A stretch of DNA of 39,977 nt from an uncultured virus (IMG/VR IMGVR_UViG_3300011871_000003) (taxonomy: Duplodnaviria > Heunggongvirae > Uroviricota > Caudoviricetes). Under the pieces are notes generated by a model, which worked only from the letters and a program-made list of their open reading frames with translations, ran no database searches and was not told the origin of the DNA. This document shows positions 28,679 to 35,950 of the stretch, one piece after another. The DNA is taken from IMG/VR virus record IMGVR_UViG_3300011871_000003; one strand, given 5' to 3'. Positions within the stretch are counted from its first letter, which is position 1, and each line of letters opens with the position of its first letter. The translations under genes were made by a program, and so were the position numbers.

Positions 28679-28799
28679 AATAAAACTTTATTACACATAA
28701 AAGGTCACGGTTGTGGCCTTTTTTATTGCGAAGAAAAGCTTGAATATGATAATGGTTGTCAATATAATAGTCTTATAAATAAACAGTGAGGATATAGCA

Positions 28800-28997
28800 A
28801 TGGTATTTTATGGTCTTGCTTTGCCATCAAGTGTTGCAGAGTTTTGTTTGATAGTTTGTATTGTAATTCTAACAATGCCGCTTTGGTTTAATATGATCTT
28901 AGTAGGTTTTTCTTTTTTAGGAGCTAAAATCGAACCAAAACATTTTATGAGTTATAAAGAGTTTGGTAAAAGTATTTTAAACAAGATGAATGATTAA
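28800..28997 (+). CDS. small membrane protein
   Basis: GAGGA RBS; hydrophobic N-terminal half. Confidence 0.65.
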   Translation: MVFYGLALPSSVAEFCLIVCIVILTMPLWFNMILVGFSFLGAKIEPKHFMSYKEFGKSILNKMND

Positions 28998-29014
28998 AGT
29001 ATAAATGAGGATAT

Positions 29015-29341
29015 ATGAAAATTAAAACTGTATTAGTTATGTTAGCTGTTTTTATGTTATCAGGCTGTTTTTTTAGTGAAGATCTTACGCCAGAAGAACA
29101 AGCTGAAAAAGTGAAACAATCTGATATTAGAACAGCAAAAATTGTAGGTAATATTGAATGTATCAAAGGTCAATATGTCTATTTTAATGATCAGGTATTA
29201 AGCTTTAGTCAATGGAATACAACTGTGAAATTTATAGATAAGGAAGGAACTTTACATATAGATTCTATTAGTAATTGTGCTTTTAAAGGAAATAAAGGAG
29301 AAGCAACAAATAGACTTGAAAACTCTTTATTATTTAAATAA
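29015..29341 (+). CDS. putative lipoprotein
   Basis: Signal peptide with lipobox LSG/C. Confidence 0.75.
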   Translation: MKIKTVLVMLAVFMLSGCFFSEDLTPEEQAEKVKQSDIRTAKIVGNIECIKGQYVYFNDQVLSFSQWNTTVKFIDKEGTLHIDSISNCAFKGNKGEATNRLENSLLFK

Positions 29342-29363
29342 ATTTTTATCAGGAAAAAATAAT

Positions 29364-29597
29364 ATGCGATATATAAAAAGTAACTCTGGATTAGGTCATC
29401 GTGAATATGTTTATTTAATGCCATTGAAAACCGAAGGCCAACATAAACATCTTGTGCTTAACTCTATAGGCATGTATACAGCAGGAGAAGTGGTTGAAAT
29501 TGAGCCATATGAAAGTGATGGAATGGTAAGCAAGGAAGAAGCATTATTATTCTGTAGCCTTCATCCTGATTTGATTGAATTGCTTGAAAAAATGTGA
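29364..29597 (+). CDS. hypothetical protein
   Basis: Start moved to ATG 29364 (AGGA RBS). Confidence 0.65.
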   Translation: MRYIKSNSGLGHREYVYLMPLKTEGQHKHLVLNSIGMYTAGEVVEIEPYESDGMVSKEEALLFCSLHPDLIELLEKM

Positions 29598-29637
29598 AAA
29601 AAGGGGGCTTGAGCCTCCTTTTTTATTGATAAAATGC

Positions 29638-29666
29638 TTGTGCATAACAGGCATTTTAGATAAAAT
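29638..29666 (+). promoter_or_regulatory. TTGTGCA-class promoter (7 of 8)
   Basis: TTGTGC(ataac)-17 bp-TAAAAT, upstream of the antirestriction gene. Confidence 0.78.
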
Positions 29667-29696
29667 ACTCATAACTTAAAAATGAGGCTATAAATC

Positions 29697-30104
29697 ATGA
29701 CAACTGAAAAAGTACAACCTAAATTTAAAAAAACTCGTTCTTCTAAACTTTTAGTGAGTGTTTTTGGTGTATTTTTTGAAAACAAAATTTATGGTATGGC
29801 TGATAAGTATTTAAAAGGTTATACAGGTGGTGGATGGAGCTTTGCTAAAAGCGATAATGGTATTCCATTTATGATCCCTAAATGCGAAGCTACCGTTGAA
29901 ATGATTAATCCTAATAATCACTTTTCAGATACTATGAAAGTAGAATCTGCTGGTTATGCTCTGACTGTTATGGCAGTATCTCATTTAATGTGGCAACATC
30001 CAGAAAATAAAAATATTATTAAAAATTTCCAGTTTATGATGGACAACGTTTACAATCTTTTTTCAAAAGAAGAAGCAGCTAAGATTGTAAGTTTCCTCGA
30101 TTAA
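29697..30104 (+). CDS. ArdB/KlcA family antirestriction protein
   Basis: YTGGGWSF...NGIPFMIP...NPNNHFSDTMKVESAG...I..FLD signature. Confidence 0.85.
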   Translation: MTTEKVQPKFKKTRSSKLLVSVFGVFFENKIYGMADKYLKGYTGGGWSFAKSDNGIPFMIPKCEATVEMINPNNHFSDTMKVESAGYALTVMAVSHLMWQHPENKNIIKNFQFMMDNVYNLFSKEEAAKIVSFLD

Positions 30105-30302
30105 TGAAAAATGTATTTTTACTAATAAAATCTGTATAAAATTAAGGATGTTTAATGTCACTAAAAAATTTAGGTTTTAAGATTTCTATTTCAAAAATGG
30201 TAGAAAGTCATCGTGAAATATTTTGGCTGATTGTTTCTCATCCTGATTATGTTGGAAAAGGAACGTTAGGAAAAGAAGCTGGAACAATGACACCTTACAT
30301 GA

Positions 30303-30600
30303 GTCAGTAACCCCGCCCTGTCGGACGAGGCTTGTAACTGAAAACAGCCTTATCGTTTTCCTAAACAAGTCTCCGACTTGGATTAACTGACCAGCCTTAG
30401 TCTGTGAAACGCTGAGTTTTACAGACTACGTTAAAAAACAGATGACACCGTAGAATGCTTCTCCAGTTCTATGCAATGTCGTAATACATTAAACATTTCT
30501 TTGGGGTAAGGAAAAGTGTGTGCTACATGAAATGTTTTTTAACTTTGGCGAGGAGATATTACTTTATGAAAAACGCCGTTTTTCATAAAAGATAAAAGGT
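30303..30600 (+). ncRNA. IscB omega-RNA scaffold (3' end approximate)
   Basis: Structured leader between left end and iscB with TGACCAGCCT, CTACGTT, ATGCTTCTCCAGT and TTGGCGAGGAGA elements typical of omega-RNAs. Confidence 0.8.
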
Positions 30601-30630
30601 AACTTATTAAAAAATCATAAAAGGATAGTA

Positions 30631-31926
30631 ATGAACAGAGTTTTTATATTAGGTAAAACAGGTAAAACGTTGATGCCCTGCCATCCGGCAAGGGCAAGAC
30701 AGCTATTGCATAGCAAAAAAGCAAGAGTTAAACGTCTTTATCCTTTTACTATACAGTTAACTCAGCGTTCAAACGGATATATACAGCCTGTTGAACTCAA
30801 GTTCGATCCGGGTTCAAAACAAACAGGTGTAGGGCTGGTTTTACATGGGAAAAACAGGCTGTCTGCCATATATGGCGCAGTGTTAACGCATCGGGGACAG
30901 GAAATAAAAAGCAATTTAGATAGTCGGCGTATAATAAGAAGGGCCAGAAGAAACCGCAAAACCAGATACAGGCAAACACGGTTCCTTAATCGTGTAAGAA
31001 GTAAGCATAAAGGATGGTTGGCTCCATCCGTCCAGAGCCGTGTAGATAATATAGTGGAATGGTCTAAGCGTTTCATACGATTGTCTCCTGTTGGTTTTAT
31101 CACAGTTGAATCAGTTAAGTTCGATATGCAGAAGATGGAAAACGCTGCAGTTGAAGGACTTGAGTACCAGCGTGGCACGCTGTTTGATTACGAAGTAAAA
31201 GAATATTTGCTTGAGAAATATAATTATAGCTGCGTCTATTGTGGAGTAAAAAACGTGCCGTTTGAAAAAGAACATGTTATTCCACGTAGCCGTGGAGGAA
31301 GTAACAGAATAAGTAATCTTGTGTTATCCTGTCATGATTGTAACCAGAAAAAAGACAACTTGCCAATTGAGGTGTTTTTGAAGGACAACCCTGTGTTATT
31401 GAAAAAGATAAAAGCACAGTTAAAAAGTCCATTAAAAGATGCGGCAGCAGTCAATATAACCCGAAAACAAATCGTAAAAGAACTGTCTGATTTAAATGTG
31501 CCTGTTCTGACGGGAACGGGAGCAGAAACGAAGTATAACAGAGAAAGCCAAAAATATCCTAAAGAACATTATATAGATGCGTTGTGCGCAGGCACAACGG
31601 GAGCGAAGGTGTATATACCGTATAAGTTAAAGCCATTGTTGATAAAAAAGGAAAGAAGAAATAACAGGCAGATGTGTCTTGTAGATAAATATGGTTTCCC
31701 GCGAGGAAAAGCGAAAGGACCTAAGATAGTACATGGATTTAAAACAGGCGATATAGTGAAAGCTATAGTATTGAAGGGAAAGAAAAAAGGAATATATAAA
31801 GGTAAAGTAGCAGTAAGGTCAAGTGGAAGCTTCAATATAAAAGTAAAACAGGGCGTAGTAGAAGGAATAGGCTGGAAGAACTGCGTAATGCTGCATAGGT
31901 TCGATGGGTATAGCTATACTTATTAG
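30631..31926 (+). CDS. iscB: RNA-guided endonuclease IscB
   Basis: TLMP (PLMP), RuvC-I FDPGSK, Arg-rich bridge helix, RuvC-II VE, HNH EHVIPRSRGGSN..N...C..CN, RuvC-III HYIDA; catalytic residues intact. Confidence 0.95.
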   Translation: MNRVFILGKTGKTLMPCHPARARQLLHSKKARVKRLYPFTIQLTQRSNGYIQPVELKFDPGSKQTGVGLVLHGKNRLSAIYGAVLTHRGQEIKSNLDSRRIIRRARRNRKTRYRQTRFLNRVRSKHKGWLAPSVQSRVDNIVEWSKRFIRLSPVGFITVESVKFDMQKMENAAVEGLEYQRGTLFDYEVKEYLLEKYNYSCVYCGVKNVPFEKEHVIPRSRGGSNRISNLVLSCHDCNQKKDNLPIEVFLKDNPVLLKKIKAQLKSPLKDAAAVNITRKQIVKELSDLNVPVLTGTGAETKYNRESQKYPKEHYIDALCAGTTGAKVYIPYKLKPLLIKKERRNNRQMCLVDKYGFPRGKAKGPKIVHGFKTGDIVKAIVLKGKKKGIYKGKVAVRSSGSFNIKVKQGVVEGIGWKNCVMLHRFDGYSYTY

Positions 31927-32003
31927 TTAATAGGCATAGACCCCGCCCCAAGGGGCGAGGCTTCAGTTTTTTGGTGAAAAATCGATCAGGTTAGGCATTT
32001 CGC

Positions 32004-32288
32004 TCATGAATATGCTGTTTTATTTGGAATGTCATATGACGATGTTGATGAGTATCCAGAAGCTGAAAGGTAAAAAAGATTTCGTCTATTTTCAATTGAA
32101 AAAGAGTTACCAAATAAAAAATAAAAAATGAAATAGAGAAAGATACCGGAAATTAATAACCCCACAATAACGTCAAGCTGGCTTACGTTTTTAAAGAGAT
32201 CAAACCGATTGCCGCCTGCCATTGCATTTGGATTAAAAAACATCCCGATAGAGATGAAAAAGTATGTTTTATAGATTATAAGTAAGGT
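32004..32288 (-). CDS. possible small membrane protein, start hidden in N-gap
   Basis: Frame open from the gap to stop 32004; hydrophobic segments; overlaps the pseudogene tail. Confidence 0.35.
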   Translation of the reverse strand, partial: TLLIIYKTYFFISIGMFFNPNAMAGGNRFDLFKNVSQLDVIVGLLISGIFLYFIFYFLFGNSFSIENRRNLFYLSASGYSSTSSYDIPNKTAYS

Positions 32289-32349
32289 NNNNNNNNNNGC
32301 TATAAACCCTTTTATTCGTTATACTACAATCTGTTAAGAGATTAAAAAC

Positions 32350-32484
32350 ATGAATATGTTAAAATTATTGGCGCTGGCTCTTTCTGGTTCTTCTTCTAAA
32401 ATGTGGTCATTGAAAGAAGATAAGATTGGTAAAAGCAAAAAACATCGTAAGAAACACAATAAATCATATGGGAAAAACAAATAA
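32350..32484 (+). CDS. small basic protein (44 aa, not in ORF track)
   Basis: MNMLKLLALALSG...KKHRKKHNKSYGKNK*, TAATG coupling to next gene. Confidence 0.5.
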   Translation: MNMLKLLALALSGSSSKMWSLKEDKIGKSKKHRKKHNKSYGKNK

Positions 32485-32792
32485 TGACATTGCGTAATCT
32501 GAATTTTCAAATCTCTATTGCTAAAATGAAAGAGAGCCATCGTGAAACATTTTGGTTGGTTGTTTCCCATCCTGATTATAAATCATCAGGTAAGTTTGGT
32601 AGCGAGAAAGGGACAATGACTCCATTTATGGATGAAGATATTGATAAAGTTAGATATTTTGCTCAAGATTATGCTATGTTGTTTGGTATGACTTATGATC
32701 AGGTGATTGATCCATATGTAGAAGAATATCCAGAATCTCCTGAAAATAAAGAGATGCGAGAAGAAGAGTTTGAAATGCTTAATGAAGAATAA
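32484..32792 (+). CDS. hypothetical protein (intact paralog of IscB-disrupted gene)
   Basis: 102 aa; aligns to 30155..32073. Confidence 0.8.
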   Translation: MTLRNLNFQISIAKMKESHRETFWLVVSHPDYKSSGKFGSEKGTMTPFMDEDIDKVRYFAQDYAMLFGMTYDQVIDPYVEEYPESPENKEMREEEFEMLNEE

Positions 32793-32802
32793 GTGAGGTT
32801 AT

Positions 32803-32976
32803 ATGTATATTCGTGCGGATGAACTAAAAGTTGGCGATCTTGTTTCAGGTGGTGAAGTTATTGAAATTCGTAGTGTTGGAAAATATAGTTTAGATGTAAC
32901 AATTCAAAGTGATACAGATGATTCAGAACATACTGTAAGAATGGTAGAAACTGAAATCATCTTTGTTAAAGATTAG
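32803..32976 (+). CDS. small hypothetical protein (57 aa, not in ORF track)
   Basis: GAGGT RBS; MYIRADELKVGDLV. Confidence 0.65.
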   Translation: MYIRADELKVGDLVSGGEVIEIRSVGKYSLDVTIQSDTDDSEHTVRMVETEIIFVKD

Positions 32977-32996
32977 TTAGTCTTTAAGGATGATAT

Positions 32997-33299
32997 ATGT
33001 TTAGGAAAATAATAGAAAAAAGAGAGCAAAGAAAAAAAGATAAATTTTATAAAAAAGGCTTCAAAGAAGGAAGTAATGATATACTAATTTTCTTAACTGA
33101 TGGACCGATTACTCCGTTTAATAACACTATTGAAGTTATGGATAGAATGACTGAATACATGATTTCATATAAAGATGCTGAGTTAAAGTGTGATTCTGGA
33201 AATCCAGAAATGATAAAGGCATTTATGAGTGGTTATAATAATGCTGCTGTAAAAATGGGAATCGTAATTAAACAAAATATGTCTGAAAAAAAGGAATAA
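32997..33299 (+). CDS. hypothetical protein
   Basis: AAGGA RBS, 100 aa. Confidence 0.7.
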   Translation: MFRKIIEKREQRKKDKFYKKGFKEGSNDILIFLTDGPITPFNNTIEVMDRMTEYMISYKDAELKCDSGNPEMIKAFMSGYNNAAVKMGIVIKQNMSEKKE

Positions 33300-33304
33300 A
33301 AAGC

Positions 33305-33333
33305 TTGTAAGACATAAACAGAATAGTTATAAT
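33305..33333 (+). promoter_or_regulatory. sigma70 promoter for ncRNA cluster
   Basis: TTGTAA-17 bp-TATAAT. Confidence 0.75.
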
Positions 33334-33359
33334 GAAATCCTAGACGTTAGTAAAGAGAA

Positions 33360-33502
33360 AGTCTCGACGTATAATATAAAGGTGTGGCTGGTGTCCAGTT
33401 TCTTTCGCGGAGAAACAAGCAGATCGTCCCTGAAATCCTCTTATACGATGCAATGGTAAGGTGTTAGCGGCGGCTAATGGCAGGTTCGAATCCTGAGAGA
33501 CT
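33360..33502 (+). ncRNA. tRNA-like ncRNA A (about 143 nt)
   Basis: AGTCTC/GAGACT closing stem next to T-arm CAGG-TTCGAAT-CCTG; extra arms CGTATAA/TTATACG and TTAGC-ggcg-GCTAA. Confidence 0.55.
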
Positions 33503-33503
33503 G

Positions 33504-33605
33504 ATTTTTAATGAGGTATTAAGAAGCGTAAGTTGTTTTCAGATGATGCATGATTTATCATGGTGGCTCTGATGAAGGTTTACCAGTTGATACCTCATTA
33601 AAAAT
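33504..33605 (+). ncRNA. rod-like hairpin RNA B (about 102 nt)
   Basis: 19-bp terminal stem (one G-U) ATTTTTAATGAGGTATTAA/TTGATACCTCATTAAAAAT; inner TCAGA/TCTGA and CATGA-ttta-TCATG. Confidence 0.55.
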
Positions 33606-33608
33606 AAT

Positions 33609-33731
33609 GGCGTGAGCGAAGTGGTGTATTTTCTTTTTGTGGAGAGGTATATTGCTTGGTTGCTTTAACGGGAGTAAAAAGGCACAAAACTTTTTATTTC
33701 TAGTGGGGTTCGAATCCCTGCCACGCTTCCA
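33609..33731 (+). ncRNA. tRNA-like ncRNA C with encoded CCA (123 nt)
   Basis: Acceptor GGCGTGA/CCACGCT, discriminator T, CCA; T-arm TGGGG-TTCGAAT-CCCTG; no canonical D or anticodon arm. Confidence 0.65.
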
Positions 33732-33735
33732 ATAT

Positions 33736-33762
33736 AACCATATTCTCGAATATGGTTTTTTT
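33736..33762 (+). terminator. terminator closing ncRNA cluster
   Basis: AACCATATT-ctcg-AATATGGTT plus T-tract. Confidence 0.8.
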
Positions 33763-33778
33763 ATTTCAGGAGAATAAA

Positions 33779-34024
33779 ATGGATATAGGTTCAGAAATAA
33801 GCATAAGAACAAATCTTGGTCAGAATAAAGGTATTATTTCAGATGTTGTAGATTATGAAGGGGGCATTATTTATAGTGGATATATCGATGGTCGTCATGG
33901 ATTCGAGATAATCTATGTAAAGAATGATGATAGATATAGTGGAGATGTATCTTGGGATCAACAATATTCTAAAAAACTTGGATATAACGCATCATTTATT
34001 GAAGAATTTTCAGAAGTTAAATAA
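33779..34024 (+). CDS. hypothetical protein
   Basis: Start moved to ATG 33779 (AGGAG RBS). Confidence 0.7.
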   Translation: MDIGSEISIRTNLGQNKGIISDVVDYEGGIIYSGYIDGRHGFEIIYVKNDDRYSGDVSWDQQYSKKLGYNASFIEEFSEVK

Positions 34025-34043
34025 ATATTTTATAGGGATAAAA

Positions 34044-34298
34044 ATGAAAAAATGGATGCTACTAACAGGATTAATTATGTTTTCATTAACAGTAAATGCT
34101 AAAATAAATAAAATTCCTGTAGTTAAAAAAGGAGATGTTATAGATATTATTTGTTTTGATGAAAAAGATAAGCCTCTTTTACAATATGAGAATATATCTT
34201 CTTTATCAGAAAAAGAAGAAATCATAACTTTTAAAGATAGATATGGAAATCCTCATGTTTTAACAAAAGAAGGAATCTGTAATTTCACAAAAAAATAG
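34044..34298 (+). CDS. putative exported protein
   Basis: Start 34044; signal peptide MKKWMLLTGLIMFSLTVNA. Confidence 0.7.
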   Translation: MKKWMLLTGLIMFSLTVNAKINKIPVVKKGDVIDIICFDEKDKPLLQYENISSLSEKEEIITFKDRYGNPHVLTKEGICNFTKK

Positions 34299-34352
34299 AA
34301 ATAAATAATAGAATAAGGTATACTTATTAAACTTCAACTAAAGGTTAATAAA

Positions 34353-34775
34353 ATGAAAAAATATCTAATTATATTATCTCTATTTTTATTTTCATCATTA
34401 TGTTCAGCGAATGATGATCTCCCCAAATATTTTCATGTTAAAAATTTAAATGAAAAAATAGCTCTATCTTTATCAATAATTGATTACGAACTTCCGGGTC
34501 CAATGCAATTTATTGATGTCAAAGATAAGAATAAATGCAGGTATTTAGGCGAATTTACGAAGCAGGGATACATTCATATTTCAAAGAAAGTATGCTCATA
34601 TGAAGGTATTGATAAAATATCAGATGTTGATTTATTTGCCTTTGAAAAAACATTACCTCGAAGCCCTAGTGAATATAGATTTAATGCGGGTTCTGAATTC
34701 TTTATTGTTAAACCCGAAAATATTATTCCAAGAAAGCCAAACTTCTTTGAAAAGGTATTAGATAATGGAAAATAA
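34353..34775 (+). CDS. putative exported protein
   Basis: Signal peptide MKKYLIILSLFLFSSLCSA. Confidence 0.75.
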   Translation: MKKYLIILSLFLFSSLCSANDDLPKYFHVKNLNEKIALSLSIIDYELPGPMQFIDVKDKNKCRYLGEFTKQGYIHISKKVCSYEGIDKISDVDLFAFEKTLPRSPSEYRFNAGSEFFIVKPENIIPRKPNFFEKVLDNGK

Positions 34776-35373
34776 GCAAACATTAGATGATTGGTTATAT
34801 CAAGAAGGATATCTTCCTGATTTTTTAAAAGTAGAAGAAAATAAACAGTTATTGACAGAAATAATATTGAAAAAAATGGATATTCCCCAAGAATATGTCA
34901 GAAAATATTTTTCTGTACAGTTTAGAGATTATTCTTTTTCTATGTTACGTTTTGCCGCTATGTGTGGATATTCATTAAAGAAAAGTCATCATCGAAATGA
35001 TTTCATAAATTTCGAAGATGAAGTTGCTGAATTTGAAAATTTGATAGATACATCAACACCTATTGCCCCATCAGCTAATTTAAGAAAATGGCTAATTAGA
35101 GATGTAGATAATCCTTTTTATCTTCCTGCTTTTATGAAAGACTTCCATGATGCAAAGGATTTTTTCAGGCTTTATGAAAGAGAAACAGGGGACGTAACTT
35201 TAGATAAACAAACAGGTCATGTTTATTGTTCTGACTTCTTTTTATTCTTTTTAGCCCGTTTTGGATATTTTTTACGCCGTAGTAATAAGAAATTAGATTT
35301 TAGTAATTTAGATTTTTTATTGGCTCAAAATAAACAAAAAGAAGTTGATGTGTTTTTAAAAATGTTAAGGTAA
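34765..35373 (+). CDS. hypothetical protein with two tandem similar domains
   Basis: YLPDFLK...CGYSLKKS..DF vs YLPAFMK...FGYFLRRS..DF. Confidence 0.75.
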   Translation: MENKQTLDDWLYQEGYLPDFLKVEENKQLLTEIILKKMDIPQEYVRKYFSVQFRDYSFSMLRFAAMCGYSLKKSHHRNDFINFEDEVAEFENLIDTSTPIAPSANLRKWLIRDVDNPFYLPAFMKDFHDAKDFFRLYERETGDVTLDKQTGHVYCSDFFLFFLARFGYFLRRSNKKLDFSNLDFLLAQNKQKEVDVFLKMLR

Positions 35374-35531
35374 ACAATATAAAAACAAATTGATATCATT
35401 CAAGGCTTTCATTTTGACGATGAGAGCTTTTTTATGGTTAAGTTAAAAATTTTTGTAAAATGTCTATGCAGGATCGACATTTTGCGTTATACTTAAACCT
35501 AAGAAAAACATGATATGGAGCAGCAAAAGGA

Positions 35532-35795
35532 ATGGTGTCACATCACGAACTTAATAATAAATGGTATATTAGCTGGGATGATAAATCTAACCGCTATAAG
35601 GCTATTTATGATAAAGAAAATGATTTATGTCTTAATGGCGATTTCCGTTATTGGGATGATGCTTATCATGCTTTAGTTAAATATAATGTTTTAAGTAAGT
35701 TTAATGCTTTAAAACATAAAAAAATGCCCGTTGTTCGTAAAGCTAAGCTTTATTGCTACTATTCTATTCTTTTAGTGAGAAATGCGTTTATCTAA
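35532..35795 (+). CDS. hypothetical protein
   Basis: 87-aa ORF with upstream GGAG. Confidence 0.6.
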   Translation: MVSHHELNNKWYISWDDKSNRYKAIYDKENDLCLNGDFRYWDDAYHALVKYNVLSKFNALKHKKMPVVRKAKLYCYYSILLVRNAFI

Positions 35796-35820
35796 AATGT
35801 CATCTTAAATCTATTAAAAA

Positions 35821-35866
35821 TAAGTCTACATGAAGTCTACATTAAAGTGTCTTTTCTGTAGACTTA
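35821..35866. repeat. short direct plus inverted repeat AAGTCTACA
   Basis: AAGTCTACAT at 35822 and 35833; inverted TGTAGACTTA at 35857. Confidence 0.55.
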
Positions 35867-35890
35867 AAACTGAAAAACCTAAAAAAGTAG

Positions 35891-35919
35891 TTGTGCATAA
35901 GTTCAATATTTGCTATACT
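35891..35919 (+). promoter_or_regulatory. TTGTGCA-class promoter (8 of 8)
   Basis: TTGTGC(ataag)-17 bp-TATACT with TGn. Confidence 0.8.
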
Positions 35920-35950
35920 AAATCCAGTTAACCAACATAGGGCTTAAAAA

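Larger units (their letters stand above)
30303..31973 (+). mobile_element. non-autonomous IS200/IS605-superfamily element carrying IscB (no tnpA)
   Basis: Left end GTCAGTAACCCCGCCC; related subterminal hairpins at 30311 and 31941 (CCCCGCCC...CGAGGCTT); higher GC; interrupts a gene without obvious TSD. Confidence 0.88.
30155..32073 (+). pseudogene. gene split by IscB element (halves 30155-30302 and 31974-32073); paralog of 32484..32792
   Basis: MSLKNLGFKISISKMVESHREIFWLIVSHPDY...GTMTPYM and IDQVRHFAHEYAVLFGMSYD align with the intact paralog. Confidence 0.85.

Noticed and set aside
32610..32640. IscB self-targeting of the intact paralog
   Set aside because: About 5 mismatches in the 17 TAM-proximal bases including the last one, and the adjacent motif is ATGAAG rather than GTGAAA.
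33569..33600. Hammerhead ribozyme core (CTGATGA)
   Set aside because: No GAAA after a stem II, and the sequence is taken up by the rod-like hairpin.
33360..33731. Canonical tRNA genes
   Set aside because: T-arms are present, but lengths of 123-143 nt and the lack of a 5-bp/7-nt anticodon arm prevent an isotype call; reported as tRNA-like ncRNA.
33558..33812. 84-aa minus-strand ORF
   Set aside because: Antisense shadow of the tRNA-like RNA (RGRDSNP is the usual reverse translation of a T-arm).
35821..35866. Cas12a-like TCTAC/GTAGA repeat or mini CRISPR
   Set aside because: Loop too long, no repeat-spacer periodicity, no cas genes; no CRISPR array seen anywhere in the window.
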